IMG/VR virus record: IMGVR_UViG_3300043219_000413 | Strand: one strand, 5' to 3' | From: a virus | DNA: 36,998 nt | Shown here: positions 16,908 through 24,273 of the stretch, piece by piece | Layout: each line of letters opens with the position of its first letter | Numbering within the stretch: the stretch's first letter is position 1 | The notes under the pieces: generated by a model | Seen by the model: only the letters and a program-made list of their open reading frames with translations | Told to the model about the DNA's origin: nothing | Database searches by the model: none | Program-made: the position numbers and the translations under genes

Positions 16908-17951
16908 TCAACTAACGATGCGTAGGTCTGGTTTTGGCTGTTGAGGTATCGTTCTCTCTGGCATTGAATCGCGCAGATCATCCGTGTGCAATGTCATGTA
17001 ACGGCGCACCATAACATCTGTTGAGTGTCCCATTAAACGCATAATCTTGTACTGGGGGACTCCCGCTTTCGCCATGAGAGTACCGAAAGTGTGGCGTAAA
17101 TCATGAAATGTACAATGCAGTAACTTACATTTTTTCCTGGCATGTAAAAAATCTTCCTTAATCTTACTTGCGGAGCACTGCAATGGGATGTTGTCTTTTA
17201 TGAATATAACCTGCTCGTCACTCAGCGGGATTACTCGCAATTTTTTTCCTTTACCATCAATATGTAAATCGTTGTTGTGTAGAGATTTACTATTGAGTCG
17301 CCATAGTTCAGCTGATCGCAACCCAGTATAAGCGGTAAATATAATTAACTCACTAGTTAGCTTTAACTTACAATTTTCAGCCAGCATTTCAACTTCGCCT
17401 ATTTCTATGTAGGTATCGCGCTCGCTGGCTTTTTCATCCAGTCGAACAATCTTTTTGCTCGCTGGCTCCGCAAGCCAACGGTAAGCGCTGGAATGAGCCA
17501 AGGTGGCAATGCCGCTTAATATGGCTGTTTTCTTGTTGATGGTAGAGTTTTTAAATCTGAGGATAAACTCTCCGCTGTCTTTGTTTAGCTTGAGTTCTTC
17601 CTGCATATCTAACACCATCTGGTTGGTTGCGTCATAGATCTGGGATAGAGGTCTGCTCAGATCGATGAACTTACGAATAGTATTGATGTGGGTGTTGTAT
17701 TTTTCAGGCTGCGACAATGTAGGCTGCTTTCTCCGCATCCACAATATCAAACCATCTTGGATTGTTCTATGTGTCTGGATACCATTTACTTTGTCTTTTA
17801 ACTCTTCTCTTTTTTCCAGGTAAGCCGCATAGGCTAAGTTCTCCTGCCCGACCTTGTAGCCAGTAGTTGATCTAATATTTTCTCCTTCGTGCGAAAAGTT
17901 GAAATAGAGTGTATTTCCTCTGGCCCTAATTGGCTGTTTTGCTTTTGACAT
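16908..17951 (-). CDS. int: Tyrosine integrase (347 aa)
   Basis: LRSAELWRL (Arg), HDLRHTFGT (HxxR) and GHSTDVMVRRYMTL (His...Tyr) catalytic signature. Adjacent to the tRNA-fragment attP. Confidence 0.9.
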   Translation of the reverse strand: MSKAKQPIRARGNTLYFNFSHEGENIRSTTGYKVGQENLAYAAYLEKREELKDKVNGIQTHRTIQDGLILWMRRKQPTLSQPEKYNTHINTIRKFIDLSRPLSQIYDATNQMVLDMQEELKLNKDSGEFILRFKNSTINKKTAILSGIATLAHSSAYRWLAEPASKKIVRLDEKASERDTYIEIGEVEMLAENCKLKLTSELIIFTAYTGLRSAELWRLNSKSLHNNDLHIDGKGKKLRVIPLSDEQVIFIKDNIPLQCSASKIKEDFLHARKKCKLLHCTFHDLRHTFGTLMAKAGVPQYKIMRLMGHSTDVMVRRYMTLHTDDLRDSMPERTIPQQPKPDLRIVS

Positions 17952-18139
17952 GACGTTTGCCCTCTTTGTCTTAGTTTTTCAATATAGTCAGTTAGATCGT
18001 CTGGGTGTATTCGATCCGAACGTGACGTCGTAGCTAATCTCACGACATTTAGATCACCGTTAATAACAGCGCGTCTTAATGTTTTTTCTGAGCAACCGAG
18101 ATATTCGGCGGCTTCAGCGAACGTTTTTAGAAATGCCAT
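17834..18139 (-). CDS. xis: Excisionase-type (MerR-like winged HTH) DNA-binding protein (101 aa)
   Basis: FAEAAEYLGCSEKTLRRAVINGDLNVVRL....RIHPDDLTDYI is typical of the excisionase-family HTH. Lies immediately upstream of int and overlaps its first 118 nt in another frame. Confidence 0.6.
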   Translation of the reverse strand: MAFLKTFAEAAEYLGCSEKTLRRAVINGDLNVVRLATTSRSDRIHPDDLTDYIEKLRQRGQTSCQKQNSQLGPEEIHSISTFRTKEKILDQLLATRSGRRT

Positions 18140-18263
18140 AATTTAACCTGTATTAAGTGTAACTTAATATTTGCTGTTTATAAACGGACTGGAGTTTATA
18201 TTTAGTGCTCATTCGACGGACGGCCTATGGTTCATTTAATGTTGCTGCTTTTTTGATCAGCTG

Positions 18264-19028
18264 TTATGTCGTCATTTTCATTAATAACTGTCTTGCCGCT
18301 ATCTGATGCTCATTACTGAGTCGCTGCCATACAATGGCTTTTCCTGCTTCTCCTAGCTCCTCGGCAGCTTCCAGTAATCCGCCGCTGTCGTCGACTTCGA
18401 TGCAAGTCATAAATAACGCTTCATATCGGTTGATCATTTCAGCGCCTTTGTGCTCCAGCTTTTTAACAAGCTCTTTCATCTTCACTTTTTGTCCCTTAGC
18501 AAATGAGCCATTCAGTGCGATCATTGCATTTAAGGGGATACGCTGAAAGAAAACATACATACCCAATGCATCATCATCGTCAATTAACTGCGTAAAGTGT
18601 TCATGCTGCTCGTCAGTAAAGTCGGGTGCATTTATTGGAAGATCCTCGCCCTGGAAAACAAACAAACCCAGCCCATGCATTGCAATTGCCTTTACCATTG
18701 CCCGCTGAATACTGGTATTTATTTCAAATGTTGTAGGTGTTGAGACAGGCCCATTTGTGTAATCAAGGACGGGATGAATCTGTGTCCTGACAACACCGTT
18801 AATGATGATGGACACTTCAACAAAGTAACCCAGAGGTGTCTCAAGATAAGGGACTTCATACTCAGGCTGAGAAAGAAGTGGAAAGTGCTTAACCTGTATG
18901 ACGGCCTCCGGGTGATATTGACCTAATGCTTCTAATGCAAAAGGCCACGATAAATAGCTATAACTCCCCTTCTGTTTAAGATGTGGGCTGATATCAACTT
19001 CAGACAATATCTGAAAATAATTTTTCAT
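18264..19028 (-). CDS. Single-strand annealing protein, DUF1071 / Sak3-like (254 aa)
   Basis: KGSYSYLSWPFALEAL..YHPEA and QRAMVKAIAMHGLGLFVFQGEDLP are hallmark blocks of this family. GGAGG RBS. Confidence 0.65.
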   Translation of the reverse strand: MKNYFQILSEVDISPHLKQKGSYSYLSWPFALEALGQYHPEAVIQVKHFPLLSQPEYEVPYLETPLGYFVEVSIIINGVVRTQIHPVLDYTNGPVSTPTTFEINTSIQRAMVKAIAMHGLGLFVFQGEDLPINAPDFTDEQHEHFTQLIDDDDALGMYVFFQRIPLNAMIALNGSFAKGQKVKMKELVKKLEHKGAEMINRYEALFMTCIEVDDSGGLLEAAEELGEAGKAIVWQRLSNEHQIAARQLLMKMTT

Positions 19029-19315
19029 GTTAATTTTTCCTCCGCCAGTTCATCAGCCAGCTCAGTGAGATATAAACTGATGAGTTCCAGTGTTATCTCC
19101 CCTAGCAATGATGCGCTGTTGTTGTTGTAACAGTATCTGATGATAGCTGCGTAATCATTTGATTCAGCCAGGGAGTCGGCAAGTGCCTCCTGGATCGATG
19201 AAGGATCTGTCCATAGGTCATTAAATATTTCTACTGATAGTTGACTTAAGTGCTCATTGAATTGGTCTTTCATGTCCTGGTAACCGTGATAGTAGTTGTA
19301 CTCGCTTTTATCCAT
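19025..19315 (-). CDS. Hypothetical acidic protein (96 aa), first gene of the leftward early operon
   Basis: ATGA-type overlap with the downstream gene. Candidate promoter directly upstream. Confidence 0.55.
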   Translation of the reverse strand: MDKSEYNYYHGYQDMKDQFNEHLSQLSVEIFNDLWTDPSSIQEALADSLAESNDYAAIIRYCYNNNSASLLGEITLELISLYLTELADELAEEKLT

Positions 19316-19322
19316 GACCAGT

Positions 19323-19362
19323 AAGATAAACTTGTCTTAATGCAAACTCAAGCATTACTTAA
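19323..19362 (-). promoter_or_regulatory. Candidate leftward early promoter (TTGAGT-17-TATCTT) with overlapping operator-like site
   Basis: On the minus strand, -35 is at 19346-19351 and -10 at 19323-19328. The -10 ends 7 nt before the ATG (19315). tcaagcattacttaa (19348-19362) is 1 mismatch from TTAAG-N5-CTTAA and overlaps the -35. Confidence 0.45.
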
Positions 19363-19534
19363 GTTTTTGTTATCAGAGAATTGTCGGTAGCAGAGAAGAA
19401 TTAGGATGAAACGGATTAGAATTGGAGTTGAAACGTTTCCTTTTTTTTTACTGATAGAGAGAAGATTAGGGACGGAAACAATAATCCCTAATTCTTTATT
19501 TGATTGTTGTTTTTATTGACTATATTTCTTTTTT

Positions 19535-20005
19535 TTACTTCTTTTTGTTGTTTTTTTTAATTGTCATCGGCATTGCTTCCTCTAGCCCTACATATTTCAT
19601 CAGCTGAATGTCACTGAGTGACTGGTCTATGGCAAGCCCTGAATAGAGAGTGTATAAGGCCTTGAAAAGGTTGGCTTTTCTTGTCAAGTTGCTTTCATCA
19701 AAAAAATTGGTTAAACCTTCTGTTTGAGTCAGTGTGGTAAATACTCGCGTCAGTAATCGGGAACTTAATTCTTCTCCTGCTTCAGGCCCAATGTCTATAT
19801 TCGTCGACTCCATTAAATGTTCAATTGTTGTGCCAAATAATTTCGCTATATTTAATACAGTCTCAAGTTCCGGCGTCGTTGGATTCTTTATTGATTCCCA
19901 TTGTGAAACAGCTGCATTACTTACCTTGCAAGCACGCGCAAGCTGGTCTTGAGTCATCTTCTTTCGTTTTCTGAATCCTTTGATATTGATAGCTAATAGC
20001 GTCAT
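19535..20005 (-). CDS. CI-like repressor, XRE-family HTH, no S24 peptidase domain (156 aa)
   Basis: MTQDQLARACKVSNAAVSQWE HTH. Divergent from the Cro-like gene. No Ser/Lys autocleavage-type C-terminal domain is visible. Confidence 0.75.
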   Translation of the reverse strand: MTLLAINIKGFRKRKKMTQDQLARACKVSNAAVSQWESIKNPTTPELETVLNIAKLFGTTIEHLMESTNIDIGPEAGEELSSRLLTRVFTTLTQTEGLTNFFDESNLTRKANLFKALYTLYSGLAIDQSLSDIQLMKYVGLEEAMPMTIKKNNKKK

Positions 20006-20049
20006 GTCGTTCCTTATGATGGCTTGTTATGGCTTATTAGTCGCCCATC

Positions 20050-20064
20050 TTAAGTGCTTCTTAA
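20050..20064. promoter_or_regulatory. Perfect TTAAG-N5-CTTAA palindrome in the cI/cro intergenic region
   Basis: ttaagtgcttcttaa, 45 nt upstream of the CI start codon. Confidence 0.5.
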
Positions 20065-20147
20065 CTTTTCCGCAAGAGGATAGGGAATCGAGACGCTTGT
20101 CTTTGCTGGTTTTTTCTTTTTTTTGTTAAATCGACTGAAATAGGGTG

Positions 20148-20176
20148 TTGATATAAACTATAGCCAGTCTTAATAT
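20148..20176 (+). promoter_or_regulatory. Candidate rightward early promoter TTGATA-17-TAATAT
   Basis: Near-consensus hexamers with a 17-nt spacer. The -10 ends 7 nt before the ATG at 20184 and no SD lies between. A degenerate operator-like site, tatagccagtcttaa, is at 20159-20173. Confidence 0.55.
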
Positions 20177-20183
20177 ATGCCTC

Positions 20184-20384
20184 ATGACTAAAGCACCACT
20201 TGACCTAATACTCGAATTCACCACAGAGGCCAATATCGCCAGGTACTTCAACATCACTCCAGCCGCAGTTAATCAGTGGCGGAAAAATGGTATCCCAGCT
20301 GAACGCATTATTGGTCTTGAAAAACTGGTTAAGCGGCAGGTCTCTCGTTATGAAATAAACCCAAAACTATATCCGAAGGAGTAA
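20184..20384 (+). CDS. Cro-like small HTH protein (66 aa)
   Basis: ANIARYFNITPAAVNQWRKNGIPAERI is typical of the Cro/YdaS-type HTH. Divergent from the CI-like gene. Confidence 0.7.
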   Translation: MTKAPLDLILEFTTEANIARYFNITPAAVNQWRKNGIPAERIIGLEKLVKRQVSRYEINPKLYPKE

Positions 20385-20386
20385 CT

Positions 20387-21118
20387 GTGTCTAATTCCTG
20401 GTTCCGTCTTTATCACGAGTTTACGACTAACACAAAGGTTCAGCGATTGAGTGAGGCTGATCAGCGCCGTTATCTTTTTACGTTGGCAGCGCGTTGTCGT
20501 TTAGGCGATAAGCCGTATGTCGACGAAGATGCTTCGTTTGAGCTGCGCATTAGCGATGAAGATTGGTTGGTATCAAAAGCCACTTTGATCAAGGCTAATT
20601 TGATTAACGATTTTAACTACCCAACTGGCTGGGATGAACGCCAATATGTCTCTGATTCCAGTACGGCTCGCGTTGCCAAACACCGGAGGAAAAAAAAGCA
20701 ACAGGATGCCGTTGCTGTAACGCCCCCAGATACAGATACAGATACAGATACAGATACAGATACAGATACAAATACAGATGTAACTTCGTGTAAAAAAAAA
20801 CTAGAGAATAAGCACGAAAAAAAAAGTGGTTCAGTGCCTTACAAAAAAATAATCGAACTTTATCATCGGTTGTTGCCTGAGCTGCCTGCTGTTGTGAAGT
20901 TGACACAAAGAAGAAAATCACAGATACATCAGCGATTTAAGGAAGACCTGGATAGCCTGGAGAAATGGGAAAATTTTTTTGCATTTGTTCAGCAGTCGGA
21001 TTTTTTAATGGGGCGTGTTGATCCACCCAGTGGTCGAACCTTATTTCGAGCCGATATCGAATGGCTGACTAATGCAACGAATTTTACAAAGATAGCGGAG
21101 GATAAATATCATATTTGA
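20387..21118 (+). CDS. Replication-initiation / primosome-loading-like protein with a (DT)7 linker (243 aa), GTG start
   Basis: AAGGAG lies 5 nt upstream of the GTG. The N-terminal domain resembles the DUF1376/YdaU type. The C-terminal block W.NFF..V..S.FL.G.......F.ADIEWL is common in phage replication proteins. Position right after cro. Confidence 0.5.
   Translation: MSNSWFRLYHEFTTNTKVQRLSEADQRRYLFTLAARCRLGDKPYVDEDASFELRISDEDWLVSKATLIKANLINDFNYPTGWDERQYVSDSSTARVAKHRRKKKQQDAVAVTPPDTDTDTDTDTDTDTNTDVTSCKKKLENKHEKKSGSVPYKKIIELYHRLLPELPAVVKLTQRRKSQIHQRFKEDLDSLEKWENFFAFVQQSDFLMGRVDPPSGRTLFRADIEWLTNATNFTKIAEDKYHI
20729..20776. repeat. Hexanucleotide microsatellite (GATACA)7 plus one AATACA unit
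   Basis: Read directly. Encodes DTDTDTDTDTDTDTNT inside the replication gene. Confidence 0.95.
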
Positions 21119-21164
21119 AGCACCTAAAAAGGTTAATCGTAATCACTTAAGAGAAACACCAACA

Positions 21165-21326
21165 TTGGTTAAGCGTTGTGGCGTTGAAGGTTGCAATCGA
21201 CTCATGGTTGTTTACATGAAGGAGCATGATATTTCCCGGTGTGCTGTCTGTTATCAGCGTGATATTGACAGGGCTGGCAAGTCAGCCAATCAACTAAGCG
21301 CGCAAGGTTTTGATGTGAGCGATTGA
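21165..21326 (+). CDS. Possible small Cys4 zinc-ribbon protein (53 aa from TTG 21165, or 40 aa from ATG 21204)
   Basis: RCGVEGC ... SRCAVCYQ gives CxxxxC...CxxC. Below the ORF-track cutoff. Start unclear and no good RBS. Confidence 0.3.
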   Translation: MVKRCGVEGCNRLMVVYMKEHDISRCAVCYQRDIDRAGKSANQLSAQGFDVSD

Positions 21327-21403
21327 TATCTGAGGTTTTTGTAATAACTGGAGGTTGTTTGTTTTTTTAATCAATTAACTTAAAGATCAAGAGGGCATTA
21401 ATA

Positions 21404-21676
21404 ATGCGGGAATTAAAAATAATAACTGCAACTCACGACGGAATATTGAAGTCGTTAACTGTACCAGAGTGGTCACCAATTTTGGACGTATCAAAAAAGG
21501 AACTCTATAACCGAAAGACGATTGGATTATCTGATCAGGATACGGTTGATGGGGTATATAAAAAAGACAGGAAAAGAACAAAAATAAACGAGGAAGAACT
21601 GGCAGAAAAATACAGAGAATTTAATTTTAGTCATGGCATTGTTAAGTTGTGGAGGCAGAAAAATGGCATACGATAA
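21404..21676 (+). CDS. Hypothetical protein (90 aa)
   Basis: AAGAGGGCA RBS lies 6 nt upstream of the ATG. Confidence 0.55.
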   Translation: MRELKIITATHDGILKSLTVPEWSPILDVSKKELYNRKTIGLSDQDTVDGVYKKDRKRTKINEEELAEKYREFNFSHGIVKLWRQKNGIR

Positions 21677-21932
21677 TACTAACCGGGGGGCAATGTGGCT
21701 CAACAATGATAGAGCGAGTGAGAGACATCCAGACTTTAAAGGATCACTCAATGTTGATGGCCTGGAGTACTGGGTCTCTGGTTGGGAGCGAAAAGCGAGC
21801 GCTAATCCAGCTGCGCCAGCAATTACTTTTACGATTGAATCAAAACAAAAAGACAGGGTGCTACACCGAGAGGATAAGCGGGAGCCGCCCACGCCAGCTG
21901 ATTATAGTTTCGATGATGATCTGCCGTTTTAA
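21663..21932 (+). CDS. Small SSB-like protein carrying an SSB C-terminal tip (…SFDDDLPF), 89 aa
   Basis: GGAGG lies 7 nt upstream of ATG 21663. The C-terminus DDDLPF mirrors the E. coli SSB tip DDDIPF. N-terminal block NTNRGAMWLNNDRASERHPDFKGSLNVDGLEYWVSGWERK. Confidence 0.6.
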   Translation: MAYDNTNRGAMWLNNDRASERHPDFKGSLNVDGLEYWVSGWERKASANPAAPAITFTIESKQKDRVLHREDKREPPTPADYSFDDDLPF

Positions 21933-21944
21933 CTATCATTAACG

Positions 21945-22235
21945 TTGAGACTAAGGTCAAGAACTGACAAAAACCAGGGAGAGATTGTAAAAGTCTTTCG
22001 CTCTTTAGGTTGCAGTGTTCAACATCTTCATACTATCGGGAGAGGGTGCCCTGATATCCTGATTGGGTATAGGGGCATTAATTTGCTGGTAGAAATAAAA
22101 GATGGATCACGTAGACCCAGCGCTAAAAGGTTAACTGTGGACGAACAGGGATGGCACGATAGCTGGTTGGGGCAAGTATGCATAGTTGATAATACTGACA
22201 GTGCAATTGCGTTGATTAGAAAAGTAGATATTTAA
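21945..22235 (+). CDS. PD-(D/E)xK nuclease, VRR-NUC-like (96 aa), TTG start
   Basis: GCPDILIG ... LLVEIKDG ... LTVDEQGW fits the PD...E.K nuclease core seen in VRR-NUC phage proteins. Confidence 0.5.
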   Translation: MRLRSRTDKNQGEIVKVFRSLGCSVQHLHTIGRGCPDILIGYRGINLLVEIKDGSRRPSAKRLTVDEQGWHDSWLGQVCIVDNTDSAIALIRKVDI

Positions 22236-22299
22236 AATAACTTAGCTAGATTTGACATATCTTTATCGATTTAGTTTTGACCAATAGGTGGATCATTAA

Positions 22300-22638
22300 T
22301 TGACTTACAACCCGAACGAAATCTATCATGCGTTGTTAGTTTCAGGAGAGGATTATGCTGATAAAAAGGCCGCTTATCTGCTTTTGGATAGCATGACAAA
22401 ACCCCAATTATCTGGTGCTTTTTATCGCACCATGGGGCAAAGTGCGACAGAGAAAAGAGAGCTAATGTTTCGCGACGATCTGTATGTTAAGCATCTGCAT
22501 GTTGTTGCTGACGCCCGTCATGCCTATCTCTTATCGGACATTAAATACAAGTCGATGCAAGCCTTGGCGGACGCCAAACGCACAGAGGCAAGCACTCGAC
22601 GGGCCGAGGCTAAGTATGTAAGTATGCAGCCATCATGA
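22300..22638 (+). CDS. Hypothetical protein (112 aa), TTG start
   Basis: ORF with a GGTGG RBS-like element upstream. No recognisable motif. Confidence 0.45.
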   Translation: MTYNPNEIYHALLVSGEDYADKKAAYLLLDSMTKPQLSGAFYRTMGQSATEKRELMFRDDLYVKHLHVVADARHAYLLSDIKYKSMQALADAKRTEASTRRAEAKYVSMQPS

Positions 22639-22827
22639 TCCCCTCCTTTTTCTCTTTAAGTACCTTTTAAGTTCATAATAATCATATCGGATCGCTTTTT
22701 TACCGATCTTGATATACGGTATTTCTCCCTTATTCATTCTATCTTTTGCTAACATCGATACGGATATTCCAAGCATGTCGGCGGCCTCTTTTGTGGTGAG
22801 TAATCTTCTCTCTTTTTTATTTCTCAA
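22633..22827 (-). CDS. Small excisionase/MerR-type HTH protein (64 aa) on the opposite strand within the rightward operon
   Basis: LLTTKEAADMLGISVSMLAKDRMNKGEIPYIKIGKKAIRYDYYELKRYL matches the HTH_17/excisionase-family pattern. Confidence 0.6.
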   Translation of the reverse strand: MRNKKERRLLTTKEAADMLGISVSMLAKDRMNKGEIPYIKIGKKAIRYDYYELKRYLKRKRRGS

Positions 22828-23136
22828 TTGTTTGCCCCTCGTTATTTTTTTATCTTTTTTTTTGTCTTCTAATCATTATTTATGGTTGATGTCGGTACTT
22901 TATGATTGATCTGCTGTCATCTTTATTCCTGTCGTTCCCGGCTTCAGCTTTTATTTGATGTCTATGTGTCTTTATTAAAAAATAGTCTTAAGCAGTACTA
23001 TACATTATGTCTATTAGTTTTTGGTATTATAGTTATGGCTTGCTATTGGCATTGATGGGGCTTTCGGTGAAACATCTAACCTCATCGGGTTTCTGTCAGC
23101 GTTTCTTTTTTGTTTCTTTTGTTACCAGGGGGACTC

Positions 23137-23436
23137 ATGCTCAAAACACCACCATTTCGATCCAGGACATATCTCGATTACATTTCACGCTTGCCTTGTT
23201 GTGTTACTGGCCGCGAGGGAGACCGCAACGATCCGCATCATATAAAAGGGCGGGGGTATGGCGGCAGCGAAAAATGCTCTGATCTTTTTTGTATTCCAAT
23301 AAGTCATGAACTGCATCAGGAATTGCACCAGATAGGCTGGAAAAGCTTTGAAGAGAAATACAATGTATGCCAGATTCTTGTTGTTTTGAAGACAATTCAA
23401 AAGGCTTTTGCTGAGGGGGTTTTAAGTGAATCCTGA
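23137..23436 (+). CDS. DUF968 / Ref-like HNH-family protein (99 aa; ORF is open from 23110)
   Basis: YLDYISRLPCCVTG.....DPHHIKGRGYGGSEKCSDLFCIPISHELHQELH matches the DUF968 pattern. AGGGGGA RBS precedes ATG 23137. Confidence 0.55.
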   Translation: MLKTPPFRSRTYLDYISRLPCCVTGREGDRNDPHHIKGRGYGGSEKCSDLFCIPISHELHQELHQIGWKSFEEKYNVCQILVVLKTIQKAFAEGVLSES

Positions 23437-23971
23437 ACTTTTGCGGCTACTTAATCCGAAAACAGCCCGGCTGGATGGGGTAAATAGAGGTTTGCCGATG
23501 ATAACGACGGATGATATTAATTCTGCATGTGCAGGCGCTGATCAGATCGGTTTGGATCTGCTTTTGTCTAAAGTCTGTGACGACCGGGCAGCTCAACACA
23601 GGGCTTTTTATAGTCTGTATCAGGAAGTCGTTCAATTAGCTGTCGATAAACACTGGAAAATAAGGGAAAAAGGACAAGAGAAGATCCGCAGTTTAACGCA
23701 ATTGATTCTCTTTGAACTGACTGCTGCGCCTCGCTGCCCTAAATGCAATGGAACTAAATTTAATAAGCGATTGAGGCCTTGTCGATCTTGCAATGGCACC
23801 GGTTTTTATAAGATAAGAGATGCTCAGCGCGCCAGAGCATTAGGGATAAACTCCAGCACCTGGAACAGAGTCTGGGCTTATCGTTACGCTGAGGTATTGT
23901 CGTTAATTTTGAATCATGAGACTAATGCGCTTAAGAGTATTGGTCAAAAACTAAAGCGTGACTTGAGTTAA
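23426..23971 (+). CDS. Q: Late-gene antiterminator Q-like protein (181 aa), GTG start
   Basis: Zinc finger CPKCNGT-x10-CRSCNGTG followed by ARALGINSSTWNRVWAYRY..L...E..A, as in lambdoid Q proteins. Last gene of the rightward early operon. Confidence 0.6.
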   Translation: MNPELLRLLNPKTARLDGVNRGLPMITTDDINSACAGADQIGLDLLLSKVCDDRAAQHRAFYSLYQEVVQLAVDKHWKIREKGQEKIRSLTQLILFELTAAPRCPKCNGTKFNKRLRPCRSCNGTGFYKIRDAQRARALGINSSTWNRVWAYRYAEVLSLILNHETNALKSIGQKLKRDLS

Positions 23972-24046
23972 CGCAAAGATAAGCGTACATTGGTCATAAG
24001 AATAGGGATTCTATACCTCTCTTTTTTTTAGATCCCTGTGAATATT

Positions 24047-24075
24047 AGCCCGCAAGTTAATGCGGGCTTTTTTTA
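24047..24075 (+). terminator. Strong rho-independent terminator 76 nt downstream of Q
   Basis: agcccgca-agttaa-tgcgggct followed by T8. Confidence 0.8.
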
Positions 24076-24273
24076 TGATTTTTTTTGCATTGGGCGTAGT
24101 AAGCACTTTAAAAAGCTTATTTCTCTATCAGGCATAGGTCTAAATGACACGTTACTTGTGGGTTTTAGCCAACTATCCAGGGTATTTTCGGGCAATTCCA
24201 TGATGATAGCTGTTTTTTTTCTGGTTAAACCGTAGTCTTTCATTAGTTGCCGAAGTGTTTCAGGGTTACTCAT
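24073..24273 (-). CDS. Small HTH protein (66 aa), last gene of the opposite-strand island
   Basis: LTRKKTAIIMELPENTLDSWL HTH-like segment. AGGA RBS. The 12-bp palindrome gtcttgcaagac (24365-24376) lies upstream. The overlapping plus-strand ORF 24038-24235 was rejected. Confidence 0.5.
   Translation of the reverse strand: MSNPETLRQLMKDYGLTRKKTAIIMELPENTLDSWLKPTSNVSFRPMPDREISFLKCLLRPMQKKS

Noticed and set aside
20013-20035. Tandem 10-bp direct repeat atggcttgtt / atggcttatt just upstream of the CI start
   Set aside because: There are only two short copies, adjacent to the RBS, and they are not found in the other regulatory regions. That is insufficient to call an operator.
20729-20776. Hexamer repeat as a CRISPR-like or iteron array in its own right
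   Set aside because: The units are contiguous 6-mers without spacers and stay in frame within a CDS, so this is a coding microsatellite. The origin idea is kept only as a hypothesis that depends on the flanking A-tracts.
21527-21942. Minus-strand ORF 21527-21892 and alternate plus-frame ORF 21649-21942 overlapping the SSB-like gene
   Set aside because: The frame starting at 21663 has a GGAGG RBS and ends in the meaningful DDDLPF tip. The others lack starts with an RBS and have low-complexity composition.
23007-23400. Plus-strand ORF 23007-23282 and minus-strand ORFs 23185-23400 and 23204-23395 overlapping the DUF968-like gene
   Set aside because: The DUF968 frame carries a clear family signature and an RBS. 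The others are hydrophobic or low-complexity read-throughs of a T-rich region.
24038-24235. Plus-strand 65-aa ORF overlapping the small HTH gene
   Set aside because: It starts inside the Q terminator hairpin and has no RBS. The minus-strand frame has an HTH-like segment and an AGGA RBS.
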